64,000 nt of DNA. Source: Octopus vulgaris. Lineage: Eukaryota. Within the stretch, counting starts at the first letter, position 1. Each line of letters begins with the position of its first letter. A program made the translations under genes and the position numbers. The stretch spans positions 158,782,001 to 158,846,000 of the forward strand of contig OX597817.1 in assembly GCA_951406725.2 (NCBI GenBank), in the 5' to 3' direction. The notes below the pieces were generated by a model. That model was not told the DNA's origin, did not search any database, and saw nothing but the letters and a program-made list of their open reading frames with translations. Shown here in pieces: positions 27,100-40,769 of this stretch.

Positions 27100-27800
27100 G
27101 AATGTGACAGTTGACAATGGGACGGCAATTGACATTCTCAGCTGTCAATGCCGAACCCACCACCTTGGCCACCACTCTATACAAAACAACTACAGCAACA
27201 ACAATGGGAATAGAAGAGGAGAAGAAAGCAACAGAGCTTGTGGGGGTGGCAGTAAAGGTGAGAGGAAGGGTAAGCACCAGCCCGATGAATACATGCTGGA
27301 ATGACAGCTATGTTGAACCAGCAGCTATTTACTTCACACTGTTCACCCACAATATCATCCCACCTCGCTCGCTCTCTCTCTGATCACGTCAGCAAAGCCC
27401 AAAACGGAGGAGTCCTGACAGTTGTCAGTCAGCCCTGCCTGCCGCCGCCGCTAAGCGCTGACGAGATCAAGCAACCAACTAACCAAGTGTTTTAGTATCG
27501 TCAGAGAATCAAGCACACACGCATTCTATATAGATCGTACTTGGCAAGCGCTCAACCGTAGCCAAAGGTGTAGAAATTATACAGGCGCACAAGCAAGAAA
27601 ACAAAACGGTCCGTATGCTGCCAAAAAACCCAGCAACCGCCACTATTATCCATACAGCAAGAACATGTGGATCCCGAACAGCTTTTGCATGTGCACGTGC
27701 TCACACCCCAAGATAACAGATTCGAGAGGGTCGACGTCAGCAACAAAGAACAACCAAAAACTCTGTGTGTGTCTATGTGGTGGGGTTTCTTTACCTAGAG
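27100..27800. promoter_or_regulatory. CpG-retaining non-repetitive block, candidate promoter/enhancer or alternative first exon
   Basis: (GCC)n, CT tract, many CpGs, clustered TGACAG motifs, minus-strand AG|GTAAAG donor at 27795. Confidence 0.3.
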
Positions 27801-27919
27801 TGGTGTCAAATAAAACCAACAATAAATGGAAATGTATAAAACTAACTTGGCTATTTTGAATGGCCGAAACGAATAAAAAACAGGTTATTATAGAAGAAGT
27901 TTACCTTTTGCACCATCAC

Positions 27920-28330
27920 TTACTCTTTTACTTGTTTCAGTCATTTGACTGCGGCCATGCTGGAGCACCGCCTTTAATCGAGCAACTCGACCCCGGGACT
28001 TATTCTTTTGTAAGCCCAGTACTTATTCTATCGGTCTCTTTTGCCAAACCGCTAAGAAACGGGGACATAAACACACCAGCATCGGTTGTCAAGCAATGCT
28101 AGGGGGGAAAATACAGACACACAAATACACACACGCATATATATATATATATACATAGATATATACGACGGGCTTCTTTCAGTTTCCATCTACCAAATCC
28201 ACTCACAAGGCTTTGGTCGGCCCGAGGCTATAGAAGAAGACACTTGCCCAAGGTGCCACGCAGTGGGACTGAACCCGGAACCATGTGGTTGGTAAGCAAT
28301 CTACTTACCACACAGCCACTCCTGCACCTA
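27920..28330 (-). mobile_element. SINE family A, full length
   Basis: Reverse complement of the 11172 copy. Confidence 0.9.
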
Positions 28331-28584
28331 CTTAGCTAACTTATATTTTAAAGAACGTACCTCATTCGAAAAGTACACAAGATACGGTTTTAATTAGAAA
28401 GTTTTTGGAAGAATGAATGGTGATGTAATTTCTATTCTGACGAAAGCTGTAATGATGAATGTATAACAGTTAACATATAAGTTTCGAAAAGATGCAACTT
28501 CCTAGCTGTCATCACGTTCCCTATTACTGTTTCATTCTAATCCACCCCGTTTACGTTAAAATTGCCAATGTTTGTAACACACAC

Positions 28585-28625
<41 letters not shown>

Positions 28626-29010
28626 TGCGTGAATATATATACATATGCGTACACAGACACACACATTAAATATACACCAATCTTACAAACATTACGGACT
28701 CAACAGCCGTTACACACAGTACATATACTATTAGAAGAACCCTTCACATTTATAGAGTTCTATTATTGCTTGTAATATCCTGACAATGGTGGAGAGTTGA
28801 CGATAAGGTTTTTATTAGTGACCCAACATTATTAATTATCAATGTAGTTAAAGGAATCGTTTTTCTTTTATTATTATTATTCAGCGAGGATTGTATGCCA
28901 TTAAATCACTGGCCGCAGTAAGGTGGGTGACAAAACAGTAAAAGTCATGGAAGCTGTGTTGTTTTCTGACTTTGTAGGCATGTCGGGCTCTTGTGGGTGT
29001 TTACCAAGTC

Positions 29011-29353
29011 CTGGCGACGGACTTGTTAAAGACCCACAAAGTTATCAACCACCTAACCAACAACAACACTGAACACCTTTTTGATCTACACGTGTCTAAC
29101 ACACGTGGACATGCCTACAAAGTCAGAAAACAACACAGCTCCCATGACTTTCGGAAACATTTTTTCACGCTCAGAGTTGCTGAAGCATGGAATAAACTGC
29201 CTGCGTCAGTTGTTGACTGCCATGACACTGCATCCTTTAAGGCCCTCATGCTTTCCGAAATCCGCCGAAACTACACCTGATTATACATACACTTTAGATG
29301 AGTTGTAGTGCACCTGAACACTGTACACAATTATTATTATTATTATTATTATT
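29011..29353 (+). mobile_element. CR1-like LINE 3' end
   Basis: ORF segment TRGHAYKVRKQHSSHDFRKHFFTLRVAEAWNKLP is the canonical CR1/L2-group ORF2 terminus; short 3'UTR and (ATT)n tail. Confidence 0.85.
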
Positions 29354-29432
29354 AAAAGTCCTCCAAGAAACCATCATCACAATCAGCGACAAGCCATCGT
29401 TGCTGTTAGCATCTGGCAATGGCTTTGGAACA

Positions 29433-30611
29433 TAACCACGGATGTGCGCACGACTTTATTACTTTTATAACTTTCTTAAAAAATGCATATTTTGTAATGA
29501 AAATTTCCAGAAATATATTTTAGACGATGTAAATTAGGGTTATATTGGAATCTGCAGCGAAATTTGTAGCGGTAGAAAAGAGTTTCGAATAATTCACACA
29601 CCTCCATTTGTTTCCTGATAACTTCTGAAAACTGGGTATTTTTTGATAAAATTTTCTACAAATACCTTTCAGATGATGGAGATTATGATTACCTCGGAAT
29701 TTGATGTAGTGGGTGGTGGAGGTCAGGGTCGGATAATTCACACTTTGGCTTATTTCCTTAAACAATTTGGTGAGGCTGCAGCTATAGCGCAGGTTGGTTC
29801 CCCCGACATGCCGCTCTGAATCACAGCACAGGCCTCGACGCGGCTGGCTTCCCGTCACATCTGGAGCCAGTCACTAGGCCTTGATTGCGGGATGGTAAAC
29901 GCCCCGACGGAATAACCTTCTTTCCATACGAGGGAAACAAATCCCTGATCTGGGACGCGACATGCTGCGACACGCTCTCCGGGCCCCAACTTTGCTGCAT
30001 CGGCCGCAAACCCGAGTATCACCACCCGTAACGCAGAAGATAGGAAGATAAACAAACACAAGAGCCCGACCGACCGGCCGCTTTCAGTTTGCGCCCGTCG
30101 CCGTCGAGACCTCAGAAGTTCTCGAATCACGCACTGCTGATTTACCCTGCAAAATCGGGATAATTGCGGCCCATCTGAGAAATGAGCCCCCGCGAGGTGG
30201 GGTGGATATTGCAAATGTCACTGGCCATTCTCCGCAGCAACGTCTTTGTCCGCGAACACGCTAATTTGGCCTTGGGCGTACAACCTGTTACTCCCCACTC
30301 CGTCTTCTGCTACTCAACCCCTGCTCCCTTTTTTCTTCTGTTTGCTTGATGAAGTAATTATGGTTTATTTTTCTCGATAATTTGATCTTTTATACTCAAT
30401 GTATTTTTTCCTACGTAAAAATATATTGTTAATAAAATGTTATTTGGAATAAAAAATAAAATAAAGCTAATATAATTGATAAGTGTGTGACCGATTCCAA
30501 TATAATCGTATTCTACACCATCTAAAACGTATTTCTCCAAGAAATTTCGTTAAAAAATATCTATTTCTCAGAAAGTTACGTGGTGGAGGAGTGCACACAT
30601 ATTTGTAGTTA
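29433..30611. mobile_element. DNA-transposon-like element bounded by ~110-bp imperfect inverted repeats
   Basis: 29442-29552 (ATGTGCGCAC..TAACTTTCT..TTATATTGGAATC) is reverse-complementary to 30493-30600; a further direct copy of the unit lies near 29600-29700. Confidence 0.55.
29777..30245 (+). pseudogene. CRE-clade non-LTR retrotransposon zinc-knuckle end plus restriction-like (PD-D/ExK) endonuclease, frameshifted
   Basis: [78 protein letters not shown] across several frameshifts. Confidence 0.8.
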
Positions 30612-31999
30612 GTCAGACTTTTGAAACAATTGTTAACCACAGCCTCACCCGTTCTGAAATCATAGAATGATAATAATGCCTTAATAAAATAAGTAGCACC
30701 TTAGCCCAGCCAACAAGTTTACATATTTTACAGCACACGCCCGCAACCATCCCTATCGCAAAAATATTTCTAAGAATGTGTATCAAATTATGAATACATC
30801 AAACAGCATCAAGTACGTAGATAGTAACACTACACATTTTCAAATTATCTGATAACGAGCCAAGCGGGAGCCACCTACGCAGTCGCTCGATATGCTAGAA
30901 ATAGTAGCCAAATCTACATCCAATCTAACTGCCAGCTAAGAAAAGGAAGGACATATTGGCAATATAAGCTTTAGAATAGGCTCTGATCATAGATCTGATA
31001 TCACACACAAATGTGTGATTGCATGTTACACAAGTAAATTACAAACGTTAGTATCAACAACTTCTATGCTCAGCAGTATTAAAGTCGCTTGGCAATGATG
31101 AAGATGGTTATATATATTGTATATAATGATCAATCACTAACATGAAAGTGCATGCGTGTAATATTAACAGTAACCAGAAAGAAATACAGTGCTTTAGGAC
31201 GCATTAATATACACTCATACATTTGCACACAGTACAGGGCGGGCACACGTAGACGTCACAGAGCAAACACGAATACATTTACGTTCGTCATAAGCCAAAC
31301 ACGCACGTACGTTTACGTAAGGCAGAGGTCAGGCGCATATGTAATAAACACATTTATACAGAATATAACACACACTGTTATATATATATATATTACAGCC
31401 ACATCGTGTTACTATTATAAACTTTAACTAGCAATGTGGATACGGTTCTGCGTACCTGGTTACCAGGATATCCGCGCGATAGTTGTTCTGCAAATGCATT
31501 GAATGTATATCAATCGATGTATGTAAATTATGTATATAAACAAACGCGCACATGCAATCTTACAGCTGTACATAATAAGAATGTATGACAGAAACTGGTG
31601 GTCGAGCAAATATCAAGCTAAGAGCATAACTTTTCCTTGGTTCAAACATAATATCAATGTCAAGAAACGAAGAGACTAAGAGTTAAAATATCACATATAA
31701 GATACTGTATTAAAATAATATATATCAGAGTTACAGAAGTCATATGGAAAATATTACTTATTCTGCAAATTCTGGTTATTATTAAGAAAACTATACTAGT
31801 ATTTCCTTCAGCTATAAGCATATCTTGATGTATTCAATCACTTCTGAGTTCAAAACACGTTACGGTCGGTTTTGCCTTTCATTCTTCCGGGTTGATAAAA
31901 TAAGTAAAACAAACAAAAACAATTAGGGGTTCAAATAATCGATTAAATCCATGCTCCGAAATTTATGGTTCAGTAACTATGGTTGGAAATGACTATTAG

Positions 32000-32200
32000 C
32001 CAGCTAATAAACTCGTTAGAGAGTCAGTAGAACTTCTTTGCGATATTACTTCAGACCCTTTACGTTCTGAGTTCAAATCCCGCCAGGTTGAACTTTACCT
32101 GACATCCCTTCGGGGCCGATAAAGTAGCAGTCAAATACTGGGATCGATGATATCGACCAGAGCCCTCCCTTTAAAATTATTGCATTGTGGCTAAATCAGA
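32000..32200 (+). mobile_element. SINE family E, diverged (similar pieces near 5800, 31845, 33110, 63380)
   Basis: TTCTGAGTTCAAATCCCGCC..CATCCCTTCGGGGCCGATAAA, matching the reverse complement of 40427 copy. Confidence 0.55.
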
Positions 32201-34470
32201 AACAGTTTATTAATATAACCACATCGCCAAAAGATCCAGCCTTTGAATTTGCTTTAACAACATTCCTGGTAATAACGCATGTTAATTCTCCTCCACATCA
32301 TCATTCAATTGTGGAGAATCTACTCGCGTGAGACTCTGTTGCTGTTACATGCATTATGAATTGCATCCAAAAGGCCATACGGCTGATTGGTAAACTTAAC
32401 CATTCACTTTTCAAAACATACGCTTCAACTATTGACCCACAGATATGTTCTCTCTATCTAGGCCTCACTATAACGCCGCCACTCAATACATACTACCTCC
32501 ACTCAGATCCAACCACTTCTATTGTTAACCTCAACTCCAAATCCCGTACTAACCTCTTCGTCCAATCCTTCCTATTTGCTCAACTTATATCACCGTCTAT
32601 TTTAAAGAGGTTCAAGCAGACCCTAGATAGTAAATATCTCATTAGTCTTGAGAGCATGCGAAGATCATGGGCCCTTGTAATACAGTGACAAAGCAATAAC
32701 AGAATTAAAAATATCGCAAGTGAGAGATGCAAACCTTCTCGGTCGCAGAAAAAAAAAAACATGAACATCGCAATATCTCTTTTCTGTCAATCTGATGTTT
32801 ACAATTTTGAAGTAATTATCATTATCAAGATTATTCCACAATCTACAACCACTTTACCTATATAGGTAATAACTCTTCATAAAGGTATGTCACAAATTCC
32901 TCCCCCCCCCACCTCTTATGCTCGGAATGTACCTTGTCAAAAACAAACATTTTTATTTATATTGCAGCACGTAGCATAGACGAAGAGAAAAGTTCCCACG
33001 ACTGTTGAAGGCATTTAAAGTTTGCCATGCTCTTGAGGAAGGTATAAACGTCATAATTTCCTTCTTCCTGATAAGCCTGAGGTTATGACAACTTATCTCC
33101 ATCATCGGCAGAAATTGGAGGGCGCCGGACAAAAAGCTTTGCATAAGACTCTCCACGTTCTCAATTCAAATACCGCTGAGGTCAACTTTAACCTTTCACC
33201 ATTTTGGGGTTTGATAATGAGATATTTACTATCTAGGGTCCGGTCCCTTCGTAGCCCAGTACTTATATTAGAAATATTATTGCTATCATTCCTTGTACCA
33301 AACAAACACTGAGAAATCTCAGCGTAATTGTTTTACCGGGCAATAGCAGCGAAATCTACCTCAAATCCATAATACACACACACAAGAAATTACATTCTAC
33401 CGTCTTTAAAGAAAGTCACACTGAATGACATAGTCCAAGATACACTATTCTCGAAAATAAATCAGGGTGCTCATGACTTGAATTTTTGATCATTGGTCTG
33501 CTTAACTAGGATCGACTTAGGGCTCTGGTTGAATGTATGGTTGTATCAGTCGGGGGTCCCAGTGAGGTTGTTCGACCTGTTGCGAAAAGCTTAAAATCTT
33601 TAAACCACACCCCCAACATCTTAAAAAAGGAAGAACACGTTGCTAATATAGTCTTCGGGACATGGACCGATGTCTAAAAATATGGTACGGTCACGGTTGG
33701 ACGATTATTTTTCTCTCTTTTGATAACAGATCCGCCGGTTCAAAGCTGCTCTGTGGCTAAAGAACAATAAACAGTAAAGGTTCCACGAAGCGAGTCAGAT
33801 GAAATCCTCACGCTACTACTACTACGACGACGACATACTTTTCATTAAGAAGTTCTTGGCAGACGAAGAATGGCCTACACCAAGCAACAATAATAATAGC
33901 CCCTCTACTCTCAGAGAGAAAGCTCTACTTAAAACACCCCTACCTACTCAGAGATAGAAAAAGTTAATTTTAGATTAGGACAAGATTCTTTAGGAGAGGG
34001 AGAAGGCAGCCAAGCTGATGGATGAAGACAAGAAGTTGTGACTTCCAGACTCCCCACTTCCCACACTCCCGGAGTCAGCCGACGAAAACAAGGTTATAAA
34101 TAATATAAGACGTTTCGGAATTTAAAGAGGAAATATATATATATATATATAAAAGAGGAAAAAAAAGTAACAAAACCTTCGTGTCAGCCGGCTGATGGAG
34201 GACAATTTAGTTTCAGGCATGTGAAAGTTGGCAAGGAAATTAGTGATTATGTTCAGGTAAGATGAGTGATAATGGCAAGAATGTGATGGAGCCATTTTAA
34301 AGAGAAAGATATAAACTGTTATGAAGGTGGTGGAAATGAAATATATATATAAGGTGAGAGAAAAAAAATTAAGAAATAAAGAGAATGAAAGGAGAGAGAG
34401 AAAGTTTAGCAATCAGGTGATAGTCGAAGGAAGAGCTACAGGAATTCAGAAAAACTACACACACACACAT

Positions 34471-34524
<54 letters not shown>

Positions 34525-34649
34525 ATGTATATATATATATGTGTGTGTGTGTGAACACGCATAGAAACGGTGATAAATGGCAATGTATAAATTTACAATT
34601 TACTCAGTATTGACTGAATACTTTCATCATTTCTAAACAAAACAGTGTG

Positions 34650-34685
<36 letters not shown>

Positions 34686-35131
34686 ATCAATTCCACAGTA
34701 TATATATATATTCTGCAATAAATAACCTCCATCAACCGGCTGACACGATGTGATATATATATATACATATATACACATATACATATGACAAAGTCAGAGT
34801 GAGAGAACATATACAATGTGTCTGTTTCTTTCATATAAAGAAGTTGGCAATTATAAGTTAAATTTTAAAACATCAATTAAGGTTTAATAAATAAATGTCA
34901 TTTAGGCTTATTTTCTTATTAAATCCCATAACGAATCACGGGGCAACGTATAAGAGAATATAATTTGGTATGGAAGAGTTTGTGAATCGACAATGTGTGT
35001 GTATATATACAAATATATATATATTTATATAATGAGGTTGGAAGTAGATTCTCGGATGACATACATGAAACAAGTGCTAAAAACAAAGTTGAATGCAATT
35101 AATAAGGACAGAATAAGCTAACAAAAGTTAC

Positions 35132-35450
35132 CTTCTGGTTTTATTAAGCTGTAAGTTCGAGTAATAACTACTTTTCTCCATTACAAGTCACAAAGGTAAG
35201 CAGAACAAAACTTGTATGACTAAATAACACGCATTCCTGACTTCTTTGTCCACGAAACCAACCTTGGGATCTGCTAGGCATTCTGGGAGTCTTCGCCGCC
35301 GCCGCCGCTCTCATTCTTTCCTACTCCTCTCCCTCCCTCTCTCTCTCTCTGACGTTCTTCTTCGCCGCCGCCGCCTCTCTCATTCTTTCTACACCTCTCC
35401 CTCTCTGTCACTTTTCCTTCGTCACTCACTCTCACTTGTGGAGTTCTTAC
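35132..35450 (-). other. Candidate non-coding first exon of a minus-strand gene
   Basis: GA-rich and (GGC)n 5'UTR-like sequence on minus strand ending at donor GAAG|GTAACT (35132); upstream boundary uncertain. Confidence 0.35.
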
Positions 35451-36126
35451 TCCCACTCATTCACATACCTCCAGCCATTTTATTTCTCCTCCCCTTCCCT
35501 CACTAGTTTCTTTCGCTCTCTCTCTCTCTCTTCCTGTACATATTCAGCAGCTAATCTCACTCGTTTCCCTCAAACTCATCTACTATATTTCTGTCTCTCT
35601 CTCTCTTTATTCCATCTTACAATCACTCTCTATCCATCTGTTTCCCTCTCTTCATCTCCAAATACAAACCAACTTTATACATCTATTTCCACCAACCCTT
35701 ACACAAGTCTCTTCACTCTATATTTCCATCCACGAGTCTAATACACTGTCTTTCTAAATCTCCACACATAGGCTAGTTTCTTCGTGTCCTAACCACGCGC
35801 CCATCTATTCATCGTACACGCGTGCTTATCATCGTCTGGTTTTTATCGAAAATTGACCGAATTATAGGGCAGATGATAAAGAGTAAAAAATACTTAAGGA
35901 AGATTTCTTCTTTAATTATATATATATATAACTGAATTTCCACCTCGGCATCCGAAACTCAGAGTTTTATCTTGGCTACCGAATAATTGTCACATATTAC
36001 ATTGCCTTTTAAGTGCTGTGGTTTTACTGAGATCTCCCTTTTAAGTAGAAAGAATAGCCAAAACTCTTTTGACTGCTATTTCTAAATTCGGTGTGTGGTG
36101 AGGCAAACCGTTGCTAAACCCTTAAT

Positions 36127-36178
<52 letters not shown>

Positions 36179-36499
36179 CGAAAACTTTATGATGGATGTC
36201 GTTTAATGAAAAAGAAATAAAAAACAAATTCATTATTTAGATAGGAAAACTTTCATATATTATTAAAATTCTTTGCCTCGTACGAAAAGGTGAAATTATT
36301 ATTTACAAGAAATTTATAAGTATTTTCGTCAATCAATTTTATTACGCAATGTAAAGTCAGGGAATAGAAAAATGTTAAATGAAAATGTTAGTTTCAGTTA
36401 AGATTCCTCTTATATTGTTAAATTATAATTACACCGAAGGCATTCTTTAGCATCAACAACTGAAGTTATTGATACTAAAGTTTCCAGAGTTAAACTGAA

Positions 36500-36969
36500 A
36501 TGCAATCGGCAGCGGAACGAAAGTTCTGTGTTTCAATAGTTAGCGAGAGGAGAGTGACAAATTTTTGAATTATTTTTCTGCTTAACAGAACTCTGCGACT
36601 GAAATATTCGCGCCAGCATCATTAACTGGCTGCAGCATGGCATCAGCTGAATCTTCTCTAGCAGCAGTGTGGTACACCTGCATGGGAACAGAAAATGAAT
36701 CAAAGCAGATTTGCAAACGCATAGATTATTATGGTGTTAAGTAAAATAGAGAGATTAATGTGAGTCTGAAGAGATACGGCAGTGCGGCAACGTGAAGTGG
36801 TCTCAGGTTTTAAAGCCAGCCTCATTTCTAATCTGACATAAAAGCAACAACTGGTCACAGCAAGTAGCTCTACCTTCCGAAAATGTGTACCGCTCCTACT
36901 ACTACGGTAGCCCAAGCTGCTGCTACTTCTTCTTGGTAGGCCTCAGAGACTGGTTTATTTACTGCACGG
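36500..36969 (+). other. Candidate first exon of a plus-strand gene
   Basis: CpG-retaining non-repetitive sequence ending at donor CGG|GTAGGT (36969), followed by T-rich sequence; start uncertain. Confidence 0.3.
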
Positions 36970-39399
36970 GTAGGTTTTTTCACTTAAAGGCTATTTGTTT
37001 GACGTTTAAGAAGCTGCTGGAAAAGCTGAATTATTTCAAGCACCTGCTCGTGTAGCGACGTTGGTGCTTGGTCGACATCAGTTGTTTCAATATTACATAC
37101 ATTTACATAATCGAGTGCTTCCCCTCCCGCCGCCTTCTACCTTGAAAAAAGTTTCTTTCGAGCATCAGTATACATCTCTACCACAAACTGATACATTCGT
37201 TTCTTGAATAATAATAACCAGTGTCCATTTCATGTTGTTAGCAATTTGTGCTACGGAGATAAACTACTAGAAACTCGGTGTTTTTAACGTGTAGTGGAGG
37301 CGGTTACCGCATGTTTTCCATGTGCTTGATGTCTGGCTTTGAATCTTGTTGAATTCCACAGCTTTTCTTTACACGTTTCACTTTTTCTAAAATGTCTTTC
37401 CTCTTAAAATTACCATTACTTTTAACTGACTGACCCACAAAATATTTACCACCCGAATCTACCTTGTTTTTCTCCACAGCTGCTGTAGTATTTATCTCAT
37501 GGTAGCAAAAATCAATTTTACGCGCATAGTAGTTCAGTGAAAAGCTTACTATGTTTTTAAACATCCGAATCTTTTCGATATCTTTACTCTTCATATTGTT
37601 GTTTAAATTCTTGTAAACATTATTTTGTTGGCCATAATGTCCAGTTTGCAGTTAAATTACGTCTGCCCTCTTCCACAAATTAATTATTTTGATAGCTTTT
37701 GAAGATGTCCGTATGAAGAAAAATCTTAGCGTGCTTATTTATCCGTTCTTTGATTCGAATACTAGTAGTTATCATCTCTATATATAATCATTATATATAT
37801 ATTTATATACCCCACACGCAGTATGTGCTTTGTAGCTATGTATTATCTAATTATGATGCACCAAATACGTTTATTTCCTGATAGAATGTAGATTGATAAT
37901 TTATCAATTGCTCGGATTTTTTTTATTGTCAATGTATGAGTGATTGAACATTTTTTTTTCCTTTTTAAGTTAGGTATGTCAGATATATTATCCTGTATTT
38001 TAAAGAGATGCCCACGGTGAAGAAAACTGTAATGTTCATAGATTGGTGACAATATGTTGTAATTTATGAGAAATGTGTAAATTTGTCAAGCTCTTTTTCC
38101 AGGTGTATCAACCTGTATTTAAAGAAAACTACATGAAAATAACAAAGCTGGTGATTAACGTATCTAATTTATAAATGAAATCTAAATTTTGAACTTCATC
38201 AAGAAGGGTCAACTGATATGAATGATTATAAAGTTCTAGTCTGGGACAATTTGCAAATGCAATATTTTTTTTTTTTTTTCTCATTGTCAGTTCGATAATT
38301 TATTGAGCTACTAAGTAATATATTTTTAGGCTTGTTTTACTTCCGATTTATTTTTAAATTTGTGGCTTTGTGCCAAAGTTGGAAATTATATTATCATTAC
38401 ATCCTAACGAATCCTAAAAATCGTTATTAAACCTTGCCAAATAAAAATCCTGCTGGGGGCAGCTTTCATTCGTCAATGGTAAATGATAATCATTATAATC
38501 CTGGGGGCGATTAAATGGACTACACTCCTTTCCTAAAAATATGTGGTTTTGCGCTTATGATAAACGTGATAAAAATGCATCGGTGATAGCAGAGAGAGAA
38601 CTTAGAATTAATTGTAGGCGTAGGTAATTTTGAGCGAATTTATCTTCATATGTTGGAGGAATCTATTGGTGGCAAGTTCTTTGAAAGATCAAGGTGTTTT
38701 CCTTTTTTATTCGACTATCGGCCTTTTAAAAACAAATCTTCAACCTGTTTCATTCTTTGGTCTTTATAGAGCCATGTATTTCTTTTGACAATACACTTGT
38801 TAAGCATATGGTCTCAAATTACTGTATAACACTCTCAAATGACTGTTCCTTTGTTAGAAACGTCAGAAACATTTTGTTCTCCCACTGAAATGAGAATACA
38901 GTGATGTGGCAATTATATCATTGGTATGGTAAGCTAACCAAATAGAAAAAGGATTGGACTACTTACTGATAGGTGGTGAGTTGGAAAACTACTGCAAGTG
39001 CTCTGTGTTGATTCTGAACACATCATTTTCATTTGTATTGTATCACTTCATGCAGCTATCACAAATATATATCGGAACACTTGGGAATTTCAACTGCTAC
39101 AGACTAATGCCTTACCTAGAAGATGGTTTGTTTCTCATCTACTTAGTTCTATGAAGCTATTGTTGAACCCAAGCCTATAGAAACTCCTTTGAATCATGGA
39201 ATGCATTTACATTGTATCACATCCGTGAAACTGGAACATAGTAGACACATCAAGCAACTGGGACAGGATCAACAGCATCATCATGAAGAAATGAAGGCAG
39301 TGTGCTTGTGTCTCCTTGAAAGAGCTTGCTCATTAGCCAGTGTCTACTGGTCAGTGGCCTGAGAAAGAATGGTTATTTCTGGCTGACTGAACAACTACC

Positions 39400-39450
39400 A
39401 AGTGAGTGGGTTTGGTAAATTGAAACTGAAAGAAGTCTGTTATATATATG

Positions 39451-39481
<31 letters not shown>

Positions 39482-39684
39482 ATACATATGTGTGTCTGTG
39501 TTTGTCCCTCCACCATCGCTTGACAACTGATGTTGGTGTGTTTACATCCCCATAACTTAGTGGTTTGGCAAAGAGACCAATAGAATAAGTACTAGGCTTA
39601 CAAAGAATAAACTCTGGGGTTGATTTGTCTGACTAAAGGCAGTGCTCCTGCATGGCCACAGTCAAATGACTGAAACAAGTAAAA
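39400..39684 (+). mobile_element. SINE family A, 3' part
   Basis: Matches 11172 copy from GTGAGTGG to AAGTAAAA. Confidence 0.8.
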
Positions 39685-40426
39685 ATGTATGTGTGTGTTG
39701 AGGAAATGACAAGGGACTGGAAGATGTGGTGATTTGCTGTACTTGATAAGACACATCAAGCTAAGTAAAATCACTGTTTTCTTCACATACAAGCTTGTCC
39801 TTTCAGTTGCTGGTACCACTAAAAAAAGCACCTAGCACACTCTGTTAAGCGGTTGGTGTTAGGAAGGACATCCAGCCATAGAAACCATGTCAAACTGTCC
39901 AACCCATGCCAGCTTGGAAAGCAGACATTAAATGATAATAATGATGGCATACACATATATATGCATACATATTTATTTCATGATTGACTATGCCCCGACC
40001 CATGTTTATCATTCACTGCATACCCCTCTGGTCCCAGCTGCCATTCTCCTCTCATGCCTCCATAAACTAACTTAGCCACTTGTGCCATTCTTTTATATCC
40101 ACTTTCCTATAACTTGAGGGTGTATCCTGATGCATCTTCACTCAACCCCTTCCTTTTCCTTTTCCAACTGAGATAACCACATATCTCCCCTACAGTATGA
40201 CACTGTTCATGACATTTAGTCATTTCTTAACCTCTCACCACCTGGCTTAAAGCCATTTCCCTCAATTGTACTACCCCTTCAACTTGTCTTGCAATTTGCA
40301 TGGTAACCTCACTAGTGCTGCATAAAAGGCACCCAGTACACTGTAAAGTGGCTGGTATCGAGAAGGATATCCAAAGAAGATAATTGGCCCTTGGTGCAGT
40401 CCTTGCTTGCCAGTTCTTATCAAACC

Positions 40427-40659
40427 TATTTCTTTATTACCCACAAGGGGCTAAACATAGAGGGGACAAACAAGGACAGACATAGGTATTAAGTCGATTA
40501 CATCGACCCCAGTGCGTAACTGGTACTTAATTTATCGACCCCGAAAGGATGAAAGGCAAAGTCGACCTCAGCGGAATTTGAACTCAGAATGTTGCGACAG
40601 ACGAAATACCGCTAAGCAATTCGCATGGCGCGCTAACGTTTCTGCCAGCTCGCCGCCTT
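40427..40659 (-). mobile_element. SINE family E, full length
   Basis: Reverse strand AAGGCGGCGAGCTGGCAGAA..GAGTTCAAATTCC..TTTCATCCTTTCGGGGTCGATAAA; flanking duplication AGTTCTTATCAAACC (40412-40426 / 40681-40695). Confidence 0.85.
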
Positions 40660-40769
40660 CAAAATCATTTACATTCTGCTAGTTCTTATCAAACCATCCA
40701 ATCCATGCCAGCATGGAAAACAGACATTAAACAACATGATGATGGTAAAAATAAAATAAATATCTATAG

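Noticed and set aside
37304-37594. 96-aa Lys-rich minus-strand ORF
   Set aside because: No recognisable domain; explained as the antisense of T-rich sequence
38700-39400. Possible ancient LINE endonuclease remnant (LDYLLI-like); similar weak LINE-like stretch at 32260-32600
   Set aside because: Only isolated motifs; too degraded to assign by eye
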